Source: Eledone cirrhosa (lineage: Eukaryota). From it: a DNA stretch of 64,000 nt. The DNA lies in the NCBI GenBank assembly GCA_964016885.1, contig OZ024740.1, positions 371,938,001 through 372,002,000 of the forward strand, read 5' to 3'. Numbering within the stretch: the stretch's first letter is position 1; the number at the start of each line of letters is the position of its first letter. Below are positions 50,935 to 63,900 of this stretch, piece after piece. A program made the position numbers and the translations under genes. The notes beneath the pieces are model-generated. The model saw nothing but the letters and a program-made list of their open reading frames with translations. It was not told the origin of the DNA and did not search any database.

Positions 50935-52293
50935 TTCAAGAAAATGATTGCACATGCGGTAGGGGCCAGCATAAAATTAACCCTTAAGGAACATATGTTC
51001 AAATTTAATGGTAAAACATATGCCCAAGAGGAAGGAGCAGCCATTGGTGTTAGCATTGCAGGCAACATAGCTAACTTATTCATGGTATGGTGGGACAGTA
51101 GACTTAAACAAAAACTTAAAGAACAATTAGAAGACAGCTTAACCCTGATAATGTACTCCCGCTACGTAGATGATATAAACATCGTAGTTAAGACACCCCC
51201 ACTAAAGAACAGTCAGGAACTAGAGAAAAACACAATGGAAAGCATCCAGCAAATAGCAAACTCCATCCACCAGAGCATTAGAGTTACTATAGACTACCCA
51301 AGTAGACACCCCAACCATCGATTACCCGTACTAGACACAGAGCTCTGGTTAGATACCATTAACAACCAAAAACAAATCCTCCATTCCCATTATGCCAAAC
51401 CCATGACTTCCAAACATCTGATCCACCGAAACTCGGCCATTTCGGACCATACCAAAATCAACATACTGATTGCGGATTTGGTACGGGTGATGAGAAATGT
51501 GTCGCGCATGTGCAACCCCGAAGAACTAGAGAGACACATACAACACTTCATCCACCGTATGCAGTTCTCTGGCTACAATCAGAGAGATAGAATCAGAGTG
51601 TATAAAGGAGCCAGAACCAAATGGGAAAAAATGGTAAATAATGACATAAATGGGACCTGCCCCTTGTATAGGAGCACATTTTCGAATAGAATAGAAAGAA
51701 CTAGGAACAAGGCCAATAGAATAAACTCATGGTATGATAGCAATAAATACCAGAGTGTAATGTTCATCAATACAACCCCTAGAGGCGAACTAGCCTACAA
51801 ATTTAGAAGGGCCCTAAATAAACATAAACTCAATATTAAGATAGTAGAAAGACCAGGTACCTCCGTAAAAACACTTATTAGCAAGACATACCCGTTCCAA
51901 AGACCCTCATGTATAGATAAGAAATGTATAACCTGTAAAATAAGCCCCCATATTAACTGTAAAACTAGAAATGTAGTGTATAGCATAAGATGTACTGAAG
52001 GACAATGTAGAAACAAAAATATAGTGTACATAGGTGAGACAGCTCGTAGTATAGGGGAACGAATAAATGAACACTGGCGAGACCTTCAAGATAATAAAGA
52101 ATCATCTGTACTCTACCAACATGCTAAGATAGAACACAGGGGTGGATTAGAGAACATAGAAATAAAAATAGAATCCACACACAGAAAAGATGCAATGTTT
52201 AGGCAAATTACAGAGGCAGTAAGCATAAAAGAATTACAACCAAAATTAAATAGAAAATATGAGTGGAACAGCAACATCACAACTTACAATTAA
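50935..52293 (+). CDS. 5'-truncated Penelope-like element ORF: RT C-terminal half, thumb, Cys-rich linker, GIY-YIG endonuclease
   Basis: FKFNGKTYAQEEGAAIG, YSRYVDDI, LPVLD, CIDKKCITC, NVVYSIRC..YIGETARSIGERINEH, EAVSI..PKLN. Uninterrupted frame; the first about 25 aa of the track ORF are microsatellite-derived. Confidence 0.92.
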   Translation, partial: FKKMIAHAVGASIKLTLKEHMFKFNGKTYAQEEGAAIGVSIAGNIANLFMVWWDSRLKQKLKEQLEDSLTLIMYSRYVDDINIVVKTPPLKNSQELEKNTMESIQQIANSIHQSIRVTIDYPSRHPNHRLPVLDTELWLDTINNQKQILHSHYAKPMTSKHLIHRNSAISDHTKINILIADLVRVMRNVSRMCNPEELERHIQHFIHRMQFSGYNQRDRIRVYKGARTKWEKMVNNDINGTCPLYRSTFSNRIERTRNKANRINSWYDSNKYQSVMFINTTPRGELAYKFRRALNKHKLNIKIVERPGTSVKTLISKTYPFQRPSCIDKKCITCKISPHINCKTRNVVYSIRCTEGQCRNKNIVYIGETARSIGERINEHWRDLQDNKESSVLYQHAKIEHRGGLENIEIKIESTHRKDAMFRQITEAVSIKELQPKLNRKYEWNSNITTYN

Positions 52294-52865
52294 GGACAAA
52301 ATGAAAACACACACAGGACAAAATGAAAACACACACACACACACATAGAACAAACAACTTACAATTAAGGACAAAATGAAAACACACACAGGACAAAATG
52401 AAAACACACACACACATAGAACAAACAACCAACCAACAATAAATAAATAAATAAATAAACAAATAGATAAATGAACACAAACACACACAGACACCCGGAT
52501 GTGGCGCATGCGCAAACTGAGCACACAACACACACACAGAAACAAAATGGCGTAGGATAGAAGAAAGGAAAGGCACAGAAACAAAGAAAGGAAACCCCAG
52601 TCACTGAAGAGGTCACAGAGTGTGTGACGAAAGGACTATGACTATATATAAACAACTATCTGGTTGTGGAACCAACCAACCAACCAGAAATTTATAGGTT
52701 TGTAGATTTGTAAATTTATAAATTTATAAATATATAATAAATTGAAGTGAAAGCAACTGGTGCGTGTGTTTCTTATTGGCAACATGACCCTCCCAAAGTA
52801 TAACAATATCGGTTTCAACACACGATTTCAGATAAAGAATCTTGCTAAACAAATTCAGAAACGAA
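52279..52865 (+). mobile_element. Penelope 3' UTR/pseudo-LTR with a two-copy repeat of about 75 bp, ending at (TA)n
   Basis: acaacttacaattaaggacaaaatgaaaac occurs twice; homologous to 45433-45945. Confidence 0.8.
52599..52643 (+). ncRNA. Type I minimal hammerhead in the Penelope pseudo-LTR
   Basis: agtca-CTGAAGA-g-gtcaca-gagtg-tgtgac-GAAA-ggac-TA-tgact. Confidence 0.8.
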
Positions 52866-52897
<32 letters not shown>

Positions 52898-53121
52898 CAA
52901 ATAAAGATTCAGCGAGAATCGAATTTCGACGGGCAGGAAAAGCGAAGCGAAACGCAAAAATCAGAAATGATACTGGCAAAGTGCTCAATAGCTAAAAACC
53001 AGAGCTAAACAATGTGTTAAGAAGCCATACAAAACTGAAAAGGTGGTCAAGAAGGCCCACCCAAAAATCAAATCAAGCTAAACAGGTCAAATCAAAATAA
53101 ATGATAAAAAATAAGTGATAA

Positions 53122-53179
<58 letters not shown>

Positions 53180-53298
53180 TAAAATAACAGATAAATATCT
53201 GCTCTACGGTTCTTATATATTTGATATATATTTTCCTTATCGAGCCCTCTTTGGATTTTAGTCTTCAATTTTATTATTATTACTATATATATATATAT

Positions 53299-53878
53299 AA
53301 GTGGATGAATACCTCAACAGGTACAATGTATTTGTAGAAATATGCAAGATGTTTATAATATTTGTGGTTCAATGGTACTAATTCGAGATGCCAGAACAAT
53401 ATAAAAAGTAGCGGAGCAAGCGGTTATTAAACAATTCTCTAAATAAATTAAAAAACGATTTAAATAATCACCTGTTCCATTGCTGCTACCGACGGTTTCA
53501 TCGTTCCAAAAGATTGGAAATCCAGAGAATTTCTAATGGAAAGAAATGAATCTTCAGACAGCCTATTTCCAGACCATAAGGTTGCAAGCCCTATAGTAAG
53601 TAAATATTTCGCTTCCTGCCCAACGCATGCGGTCAAGGCGTTAAAATGACACACACGCAAAATTAGGTCGCTGATAATAGCTGTATATTATAAACATGTT
53701 GATATTGCCACTAAAATTAGCAGCATTATTCAACGTTTTGTTCTCTACATAAGGAGAAAAAATTATAAAAGTGGATGAATACCTCAACAGGTACAATGTA
53801 CTTGTAGAAATATGCAAGTTGTTTATAATATTTGTGGTTCAATGGTACTATTATTTAGAGAATTGTTTAATAACCACT

Positions 53879-53880
<2 letters not shown>
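53299..53880 (-). mobile_element. Non-coding partial-tandem element (period 470 bp) with internal hammerhead and short inverted end
   Basis: 53299-53380 is repeated at 53769-53850; 53851-53875 is an inverted copy of about 53422-53446. (TA)n flanks. Confidence 0.75.
53482..53562 (-). ncRNA. Type I hammerhead with long stem II
   Basis: gctgt-CTGAAGA-ttcatttc..ggaacgat-GAAA-ccgtcgg-TA-gcagc. Confidence 0.6.
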
Positions 53881-53923
<43 letters not shown>

Positions 53924-53934
53924 GTGTGTGTCTG

Positions 53935-55813
53935 TTTGAGTTTGTGTAGCACTGACAAGCTATCACCCTGAAAGATGCCCTTCTGGTAATGTATCTTATT
54001 AATCTTAACTTTCTCCTTCTCACCTCTAAGGTTTAAATTGGTGTACCAGTTCTTGGTCAGGCGTTCAACAGCAGCTACCAATGGTTGTGGGACTTTGGCT
54101 AACTGTAAAGCCTTAACAATCCACCCATGAGGTACACTATCAAATGCTTTTTGATAGTCCAGCCACACCACAATCATGTTTCTGCGATTCTTTGTTGTTT
54201 TTTCTTGAATCATTTTATTAGTTAGTAGGTGATCTATGCAACCCCACACCCCCCTCTTTCCACCAGCTTGCTCGGGTGTTATGATGTTGTTGGTAGCACA
54301 GTGATCCTGTAAGAACAGGTTAAGGCACCCAGTATATAATTTATACATGATGTTTTGGCAAGCTATTGGGCGGTAATTTTTAGCAAGGGTGATTTGGATA
54401 TTTTGGGGAATGAGGAGAGTAGTGGCAGTTGATAACCATCTGGGCAGTTCTTGTGTGCCTTTAATGGTTTCTGTAAACAGCGGTATGAGATCTTGCCGAT
54501 AGAAAGTGAAATTCTTCAACCAGTATCCTGTAATGAGGTCTGGGCCTGGTGATTTCCTATTCGACATTTTCTGTAGAGCTGTTTCCAGTATTGACCCATC
54601 TATGTCATATTGTTTTGTCTGGACATGTTGGCAGTAGTCCTGTTCCAGTTCTTTTGGCTAATTAGTTTGTCTGTTGAATCCGTCATCGGTTTCCCATGCA
54701 GATCTCCAGTAGCTCTCAACCTGTTATTTTGAAGGGGTGTCATTTACAGAGATTGAGCTTTTGCCACCGAAGCTGCGATAAACTGATTTAGGATCTCTGG
54801 CAAACAATCTATTTAGCACTTGTCGTTTATGTGCTGTTAACTTTCCGTTGTAGCTGTGAGTTGTTGTTTCAACTGGTGTAATTTGGAGTTTAAAGTTTTA
54901 AATGTTGTATTTCCAAATCGTCTCTCTAACGTTTTCAGGGCTTCCTGGTGTCGTGTGAAGTTGCTCTCTATGTTGCATTTCATAACGACTGCGATGTGTG
55001 AGATACTCTGTCTCAGGGACAAAATTTAGCTTTTTAAATTTCGCATCCACGCTGGTTCAGGCGTTTTGTTTGTATCTTGATTGCGTGGGTTTAGATGTTT
55101 GTTATATGATAGCAATGTGACAGCTGAAACATATAACAAAATATTAAGCGTTTCACATGTCGTTTCTACACCTTTAGATCGTATAGCCTTCAGATAATTG
55201 TCAGCTATTTCGTTCACCGCTTCCAATTCCAATTTAGTGGGCCCTTTACTGATCCTGGTGTTGTATGGTCTGTCACTCACATTAAGGCTGTGTATCTCTT
55301 GAAACATATCGTCCCATATCACTTGTAAGGTGTCCACAAGTTTTTGGTGTTCTGTTTGTACAGTAGAGTCATGAATTTCAGCCTCGTTGTTGATGTGGTG
55401 ACAATTACTACTAGAGTTAGCTGACCATTCTCGCTGTTCTTCAGTGGAAGTGGGATGGATTTCAGCATAATTGTTGATTTAGCTGGCCATTCTCTTTGTC
55501 TGTCAGGGGAGGTGGGGTCGTTGTCTACAAGGGCTGTATTTGTAGTATCACTCAATTTCGTTAGATGTATCAATTTACATCTAATGATACGTTTTGCCTG
55601 TTCATTTAAATGCTTTGGAGAAAAGTCTAATTCTGGGTGTTTGAAGTTCCATAAAGTTTTTAGCCTTTGCATAAAACCGAACTTTTGGGGTTCAGATTGT
55701 TTGTATACTTCATATAATTCTCTGTTAAGCTCGTAGCTCCACTGTATACAACGGTTGTAGTTGCGATTTGGTCGAAGGGGACTTGTACGTTTTGCCATGA
55801 TGAGTTCGTCCAT
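53935..55813 (-). pseudogene. R4/Dong-clade LINE N-terminal region and RT, frameshifted, 3'-truncated
   Basis: KSPGPDLITGYWLK, NYRPIACQNIMYKLYT, EQAGGKRGVWGCIDHL, WLDYQKAFDSVPH and KGIFQGDSLS. Confidence 0.9.
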
Positions 55814-56009
55814 TCACTAATATTTTGTATTTATTTTTCAAAATAGTCGATGATCTTCTTTATAAGTTTCGACAAAGTTCTGTCAGAATCAAATTTAAAG
55901 TTATTCACAGCTTGGGTAATATTTCTTTTCAATTAGTTTTTAATTCTACAACTGTGTTTTAAACGTTATTCTTGAATCATTTGAATCGAGAACAAAAAAA
56001 AAACCTTAC

Positions 56010-56330
56010 TTAGTATATTTCTTTATGAATGTAATATAACAACGCTGTATTTATATGTTAAAGTTTATGTATCATTCATATAAACAGATGTTCTACAACT
56101 TATTTACAACATATTCACAGTTCAAACACTTATGTTTTTGTTTCTGAATCGAAAACGTTACTTGCATATTTCTTTATAAATGTAATATAACAACGTTGCA
56201 TTTATATGTTAAAGTGTATGTATCGTTCATATATCATAAGTGTATGTATCGTTCATATATCATAAGTGTATGTATCGTTCATATAAATAGGTGTTTTACA
56301 ACACACTTACAGTTCAAACACTTATGTAGA
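56010..56330. repeat. Nested tandem repeats (two units of about 150 bp, three of 28 bp) in the probable R4 5'UTR
   Basis: atatttcttta..aatgtaatataacaacg occurs twice; aagtgtatgtatcgttcatat occurs three times. Confidence 0.8.
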
Positions 56331-56504
56331 ATTATTGTATGTAATCTTACCGCGTAATGTAGCTCAACTTTTTCCAATATATGGTATGTTGCCTTCATGT
56401 AAGCCGTAATTACACACGTCCAATTATTGGACACTGACCACAACGGTCGCCATCGTATGTATGTATGTATGTATGTATGTACGTATGTGTGTATATATGT
56501 ATGA

Positions 56505-56682
56505 TAGCTTCCGATTTAGGCACAAGGTCAAACATTTTGAGTGGGGGAGTAGATTAAATTGACCCCAGTGCCATACTGGTACTTTATTTTATCGACAGCA
56601 TAGGGATGAAAGGCAAAGCTAACCTCGACGGGATTTGAATTCAGATCTCGACGTCCTACTGATACTGCCAATCCACCCCCGT
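56505..56682 (-). mobile_element. SINE with internal deletion
   Basis: ttaggcacaagg..actggtactttatttt..gatgaaaggcaaag..tactgccaatccacc. Confidence 0.8.
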
Positions 56683-56721
56683 TATACGTAAATAATAAAA
56701 ACAGCGAGTGTGAAGACAATG

Positions 56722-57095
56722 CTAGAAGGCAACTGTTCTATAGAAGAATGCTAAGTATATTTTTTCCGTGGTGGATTCAGCTTGGTAAGGGTTGCGAAAA
56801 GATTTGAAGTATATTTTGTTCCTAAAGAGGAAGGTTAATGTTTTTGATGCAGCTTTGATAATGTTATGTATGTAGAATTGCGAGTTAAGAGTAGAGAATA
56901 TGATGCTTAATGTTTGAATATTTGCATCGACATTAAAGAGTTTAATTAGATGCGAGGTATAGAAGCAGAAGCTCATACATAAATAGATAAGACATACAGG
57001 ATCACTAAATAAGAGATGTTTGGGGAAGATCTGTATTGCTGAAATTAAGAGTAGAGTAAAGTCTGGAGTTGTATAGAATCTTTTCACCCATTTCT
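56722..57095 (-). pseudogene. L2/CR1-like LINE post-RT remnant
   Basis: IHNIIKAASKTLTFLFRNKIYF resembles the HI..I.KKAS..L.FL.R motif. Confidence 0.45.
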
Positions 57096-57494
57096 CTGTT
57101 TAATAATTTTGCCGTCAAAAATTTACTAATAAAGGCATACTCTTAAAACGCTTGTGATAATATATGACAAATTCGAGAAAATATATCGGTGAGGTATTAT
57201 ATAGCGAAACATTATTCTGTTTATATAATGTTTAATGTAAAAAATAATCAGACGTTTGGCGAGAAATTGAATCAAATAATTACGATGACGCATAATCAGA
57301 TAAATTTGGTGTTTATTTCATCAAAGCAAGTGATATGTCTTTACTCTTCTAGATACGTCAAAATTTAAACCAGACTCATACATCTTCAGCAAAGTTTTAA
57401 AACTGCCGTGACTACTGAGAGCTTAACTGATTACGACGAAAGAAGTGTCTAAATTCATATTTATTTTGAGTATTACACTTTAGTAGTGTTGCTA

Positions 57495-57713
57495 TAATGA
57501 TTTCTAATTTAGACACGAAGTCAGCAATTTGGAGGGAAAAGGAAAGTCAATTAATTCGACCCCAGTCCTTGACTGGTTCTTTATTTAATCCTCCTTGGAA
57601 GGATGAAATGCAAAGTTAATCTCGACGAGATGTGAACTCAGAACTTAAGGAACCAGAACAAATACCGAAAGATATTTTGTTCGAGACTGATGATTCTGCT
57701 AATCCGTCGCCCT
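57495..57713 (-). mobile_element. Older SINE with 15-bp TSD
   Basis: tagtgtt(g/a)ctataat at 57484-57498 and 57714-57728. Confidence 0.8.
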
Positions 57714-60126
57714 TAGTGTTACTATAATTTATACAGTAGTTTATATATCAAGACGCTATATGACTGTTTGTGAAGTTTGGAGTGCTTTACTTTTAAAAAC
57801 CCTGCATCAATTGCAATGACAATGTTTACACAAGAATCATATTTACTGGTCCTCAGTATTCTGTAGGTTCCATAACAAAAGCCCTTTCGTACGCGAAGAT
57901 TCTACAGCTTCACTAAAGCTAATAAGAATATTTCGTTGCATATTCTTTCTCTGTAGTTACTCAGCACTTTTATGATTTAAAAAAAATAACAAATTCTTTA
58001 GTGTTATATATAAATATTTTAATTTCTTTCTACATGTGTATTGTATGCAAAATTCTTAATAAAACAATGTGCCAAGTGGTAGTGGCCGAGGCCTTAGTGA
58101 GAAATACGACTCGCTAAACTTGTGTCCAAGTCGTAAAAAAGGAAGACAATTTCTACTCATAAAATCTAAAAAGGAAGTCTGTACGTAATCGCTTGACCTC
58201 GTAGAAATAGATACCCTTAAACCACACCCCAACTTCCAAAAATGGAGAGAAAACATTACGCCTTGTAGTTCTAAATATACGAAGAGAAAAGTTAGTTACG
58301 ACAGAAACAATTTTGAACATACGTCTTCTCAGTCAGCAATGACTCACTGTTAAAAAACAGCAAACACCCCCGCCGCAATAATTTACTGCTGGCTAAAACA
58401 AAAGTTTGTAGCACTTCATCTAGAAGCAGCTAGTGCATTTAAAAATGTAATGCTAAATAGTATTTAGTTTTACTATGGCTTTAAGACTTAACTATAAATC
58501 TTCAATTGTTATCTGCACGACAAATGATATCAATGCAATCCATTTGGTCCAACACGTTAATCTATGTCATCTGTACACTACTTAAACTATTTAAAGATGG
58601 GAATTTTAGTTATGTCGGACACTTAAAGCGCTTTGCTATAAGGATTTTGTCATCCACTTGGTGTAAGTAAAACAAAGTAAAAACAAGATATTTTTGATAA
58701 TGTAAAACCTACATAGATATTCTAGAAACTTAAGCCACATTTCAACACTGATAAAGCATGACTTAAGAAGTCTATATGCAGATGATGTTGCTTAACCCCA
58801 ACATTGATTGAGCAGACGTGACAATCCTGACTTCTTATGGCTATCTATGACAACATTATCTAATATCATTCCTTGTTTGAAACGGTAGGGTGTGTTTTCA
58901 GAGATCTCTAGCTGTTATTGTGTAGACTCATTGGGTCGGAACATATTGGGCATCACCTTTAAGAGAATTTCAATTAATAATATTGAACATAAGTGTTACA
59001 CAGAGATGTGTGCACACACAAACACACAGGCATCCCCACAGATATATAGATATAAAACGAGAGAAACAGCAAACCTCTGGCAAAAATACTTTTAAGCTTT
59101 CTTCAATTTCTTTAACATGACTGCCATTCGATGACACATGATTTTCTCTTTCTGTTTTAATATATGCCGGTTACACTTCATATTTTTCTCTCATAGAAAA
59201 AATTCATTTTCCTTTACAATGAAAGATGAGCGTCAGAAACATTAACACATTGTTTATTTTTCCCTTGTAAGTGCTATGCTGATATACTATTATTGCAGTA
59301 TTCTGTGGTCGGGTTCATTGATGTTTATTGAGAGAAATAGAAGAGAGGGGGGGGGGGGAGACCGAGAGAGAGAGAATGCACGAGCGAGTTAAAAGGAGAG
59401 AAAGGGAGAGAAAAAAAAGAAAGATATGAAAGCTAACAATAGGATAGCAGTAGAGTTCAACTCTTATTTCTACACTTGAAGCAGGAAATAAAAGTTAGGA
59501 ATGTTTAGTGCAAGATTATCCACAAGGACCAACATATAGTCTTTCTATGAAGATAACACAAAAGATATTGCAAGAGTAAATGTACGATTGCTTCGAGGAA
59601 TACTTTCGATTGATATGTGGAGTAAAACCGCAAGCTATTTCTTTTATTCCTGTGTTGAGCGACAAAGTCCAATGTCGAGAAAAAGAATAAAGAATAAGGC
59701 AATTACGAAGAAGAAGAAAGAACAAAATTATTAGAAGTAGAGAGAACAAAAAGAGGAGCAGAAACAGAAGACGTAGAGAATGTTATAGAAAAAGATGAAG
59801 AGAAGGACAAAAACGAAGAAGTAGAAGGGGGAGGGAAGGAAAGAAGGAAGGAAGAAGAAGTGGTGGCGAGAAGTAATAGAAGATATAGATTATCAATATT
59901 TGAAGTACTAAAGAGAAGGTGGAATGACAAATATAACGGAAAAAAAGAAAAATATAGGTGAAGAATAATGGACGCAATAGGTTACCCACCCATACACATA
60001 ACACACACAATTACACATATATATATATTCATACATACATACATACATGTATATATACATACATACATACATACATACGTATATACATACATATATATAT
60101 ATATACATACATATATATAGACATAC

Positions 60127-60177
<51 letters not shown>

Positions 60178-60408
60178 TATATTCACATCTAGAGACACAT
60201 ACAATGCTCGGACTCACAATGCACATTAACGTACACACACGTTGAAAATGTTTAGAGAAAGATATTTAGGAAGTGAAAAACAAAGGTATAAATAAATATA
60301 TACATACTTACATACATGCATACACACTCACACACATACACCACACACACACACACATTTATATTTATGAATGTATATATATATGTATACGTGTGTGTAT
60401 ATATATGT

Positions 60409-60442
<34 letters not shown>

Positions 60443-60919
60443 ACACACATGTTCATATGCATATGTGTGCACAATCACACACGCACACACACACATGCAC
60501 GTACACACACATATATATATAAATAAAAAAGACAATGAGACGTGTTTTACAAAAGTGTGCAAAAGAAAAGGTGATAAATGATGGATTAAAATATATTGTA
60601 AAATCAATGGGAATATATTTTTTGGTTACTGTAGGCATATTCAGGATCAAAATAGCTTTCATCAGTGAATTTCTTGAATACACGTTGGCCGATTAGTCCA
60701 TCAAAGTCAAAAGAGATGACATGCTTTTTTGCGGCGTGCCTTCATATAACTCCATTAATGGGACTCTTTATTCGAAGAATGACGAAATTGCTCTCTTTAA
60801 ACATGGCTAAAAATGTAAGTTAACAACTCTGCTTCAGGTATTTTCTGTCATCGTTAATTCTTTTTAGATATTCCGTGATATCATGTATGGTGATATTGAT
60901 TAAAGATAAAGGTTTTATG

Positions 60920-60951
<32 letters not shown>

Positions 60952-60952
60952 T

Positions 60953-61044
<92 letters not shown>

Positions 61045-61324
61045 CGCACGCAAACACACATCACTTTATTTAAACCATGGCCTACCACTTTATTTCGATT
61101 GCAAGTTTCTGATTTCACATCTTTTCTTGTCTTATTTTTCGCACCATATGAGATTGTTTTGACAGAAATCAACCACGATCGAGCTGATGCTCGATTATAC
61201 ATTTTTAGATATGCTTATTTGCATATTATGTGGACTTGACTGGCTAGTTTTAGTTGGCCGAAATGGAACCACAGTGTGATTCACAAAATAGGCGTATATG
61301 GAAGCATAAACTTTATTTTCATAT

Positions 61325-61510
61325 ATAATTCTTTCTACTTTAGGCACAAAATCACCAATTTTAAGGGGAGGGGAAAGTCGATTAAATCGACCCCAGAGCA
61401 TTAGTGCTGCTTTATTTTATCGACCCCGTATGGATGAAAGGCAAAGCTAACCTTGGTAGGATTTGAACTCAGAAAGTAAAGGACCGCAACTCTATGCTAC
61501 GAAACATTGT
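61325..61510 (-). mobile_element. SINE (long subfamily)
   Basis: ggggaggggaaagtcgattaaatcgacccc..gatgaaaggcaaag..atttgaactcaga. Confidence 0.8.
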
Positions 61511-61741
61511 GACCCCCCCCCCCATCTCTAATTATGTTTATATATAATAAACATACATATATCGCGAGAGTATTGTAAGGTGTGATCCTCTAATAGCTAT
61601 CTCAGTAACAGTGTGAGAACGCTTGGCTTCTTCATCTCACTAACGTGTGAGGAAAAGTCACTGAGAATGATTCCCAACTGAAATACTATTATTTTTCGTT
61701 CTCACATGGTTACTGGAAAAATTGTCACTGCGAGACGTATG

Positions 61742-61915
61742 TGTCGGTAGAGAGCCGGATGCCTTGCTTTGCAGCAAAGAGTTACGGCCGTTTAAGGTCT
61801 GAGTTCAAATCCCGCCGAGGTTAACTTTGCCTATCATCCTTACGAGGTCGATAAAATAAGTACCAGTAATACACTGGAATAATTGCTGGCCTTGTGCCAA
61901 AAGTAGAAACAATTA
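61742..61915 (+). mobile_element. SINE (short subfamily)
   Basis: ctgagttcaaatcccgccgaggttaactttgcc..aagtagaaacaattat. Confidence 0.85.
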
Positions 61916-62002
61916 TATATAAATCTATTTAATATGTTTCCATAGACGCTACTGTTCTGAAAAACGGTCTATTAGTGTGCTACTGATATATATATATATA
62001 TA

Positions 62003-62061
<59 letters not shown>

Positions 62062-62550
62062 TCTCTCGTGCTATGAGGCACCATACGTTTTCCCTGATGT
62101 CACCCCAAATTCTATGTGTTTTGAAGCTTAACAGTTATAAATTAAAGTTTTATCTCTCGTCTCTTACTCCACTGGAAAGCGTTTGTTTTCTGTCAGACGC
62201 TTAGACGTGGCATGGACCAACAGTAACATTGGTAGGGGTTGAAACTGCGCACGCCCATCTCAACGGCCGATGACCATGGAGTTCTGTGCCCTTCGTTTGT
62301 ATTTTTATTTTTAAAAAAAATTGTTTTAAGGTTTCCCCTTAAAAAAATTGTTTTTTGTATTGTTTCTGTCGTTGTCTTGTCCTCTCTTTGTTAATTTTCT
62401 TTAGTATATTTAAATATATAGTTTATGTAGCAATTTTGTTGATTACAGAAGGAGGTATCTATATGAGCACTCTATGCTATAGCTGTGACAAGGCTGGCTG
62501 GTTCATTGCAGATACATTCCTTTCTACGAGATTCTAAACTACTGGGTCAA

Positions 62551-62620
<70 letters not shown>

Positions 62621-62666
62621 TAACAGATTAAAGTTTTAGCAAAGAATCGCTGCTTTCACCCTTAAT

Positions 62667-63008
62667 GGAATTCCAACTTTGTCTGATTTACTCGTTTTAT
62701 TTACAATCCTTTAAAATTATAATGATATTATAATGAAATAGTATGGTAGAATATTAAATGTTAAATGTTAATTGAAGAAGTACTTTCCTGCTTTCGCAAT
62801 CCTCAGGATCATATTCAGTGGTGACACTGAAAAAATTGCAAACTTGACTGTTACCACTGAATATGAATCTGAAGATTACGAAAGCATGAAAGTACTTGTT
62901 CAATTAACATTTAACATTTAATATTCTACCATACTATTTCATTATAATATCATTATAATTTTAAAGGATTGTAAATAAAACGAGTAAATCAGACAAAGTT
63001 GGAATTCC
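62667..63008. mobile_element. Palindromic fold-back element (arms about 160 bp) with two opposed hammerheads
   Basis: 62667-62826 is inverted at 62849-63008. Confidence 0.9.
62864..62902 (+). ncRNA. Minimal hammerhead (mirror copy at 62773-62811 on the minus strand)
   Basis: tgaat-CTGAAGA-t-tac-gaaa-gca-t-GAAA-gtac-TT-gttca. The mirror copy has CTGAGGA-t-tgc-gaaa-gca, giving a consensus stem II tgc/gca. Confidence 0.7.
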
Positions 63009-63048
63009 TTTTATTAATATAATCTTCTATACACAATCATACACACCC

Positions 63049-63114
<66 letters not shown>

Positions 63115-63137
63115 TGAGTTAAGAACTCAGTAGTTGT

Positions 63138-63837
63138 TGACAAATTAGTGATCCTTTCACGTCTAAAAATATTAGAGAATGAATTGTGTACGATATGAAT
63201 TATCGCACGTGTCATTCGGAACACAGCTTGTTTCGAAATTCCCTGCCGCTAAAAATAGCAGCCTGGCTGACAGGACATTAAAAATTAGCACTACATGATG
63301 GAGCCGACAAATATATATTGAGTTAAGAACACAGAGTAGCCTCTTACAATTAAATAGCTCTAAGAAAAAAGCTTTTCCGAGCCGTACAATATAATTGAAC
63401 AAACAAGAGAGATGAACACTAATATAAACATACATGTGTTCGAATCGTAAGGATCAAATTTGCTAGGGTGAAAAAACACTAACTACAGCAATATGGTTTG
63501 TTATCCACAACTTTAAATATTAAACTAAGAAAAATTAAGAAAAATAACCGACCTATATTGGGAAAAATGCCTGGTAACAACTAGAAAGTATTGGAGACTG
63601 TTCGCAACGACTTATTAAGTGAAGTTCTCACGTTTCTCTGCTCCTCTGTAGTTGCTGAGAAATTAGTGATCCTTTCACTTCTAAAAATATTAGAGAATGA
63701 ATTGTGTACGATATCAATTATCGCACGTGTCATTCGGAACCCAGCTTGTCTCGAAATTCCCTGCCGCTAAAAATAGCAGCCTGGCTGACAGAACATTAAA
63801 AATTAGCTCTACATGATGGAGCTAGACAGTATTGGAG

Positions 63838-63900
<63 letters not shown>

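Noticed and set aside
56340-56455. HDV-like fold at the probable R4 5' end
   Set aside because: P2 and P4 candidates exist, but the spacing is too short for P3, L3 and P1.
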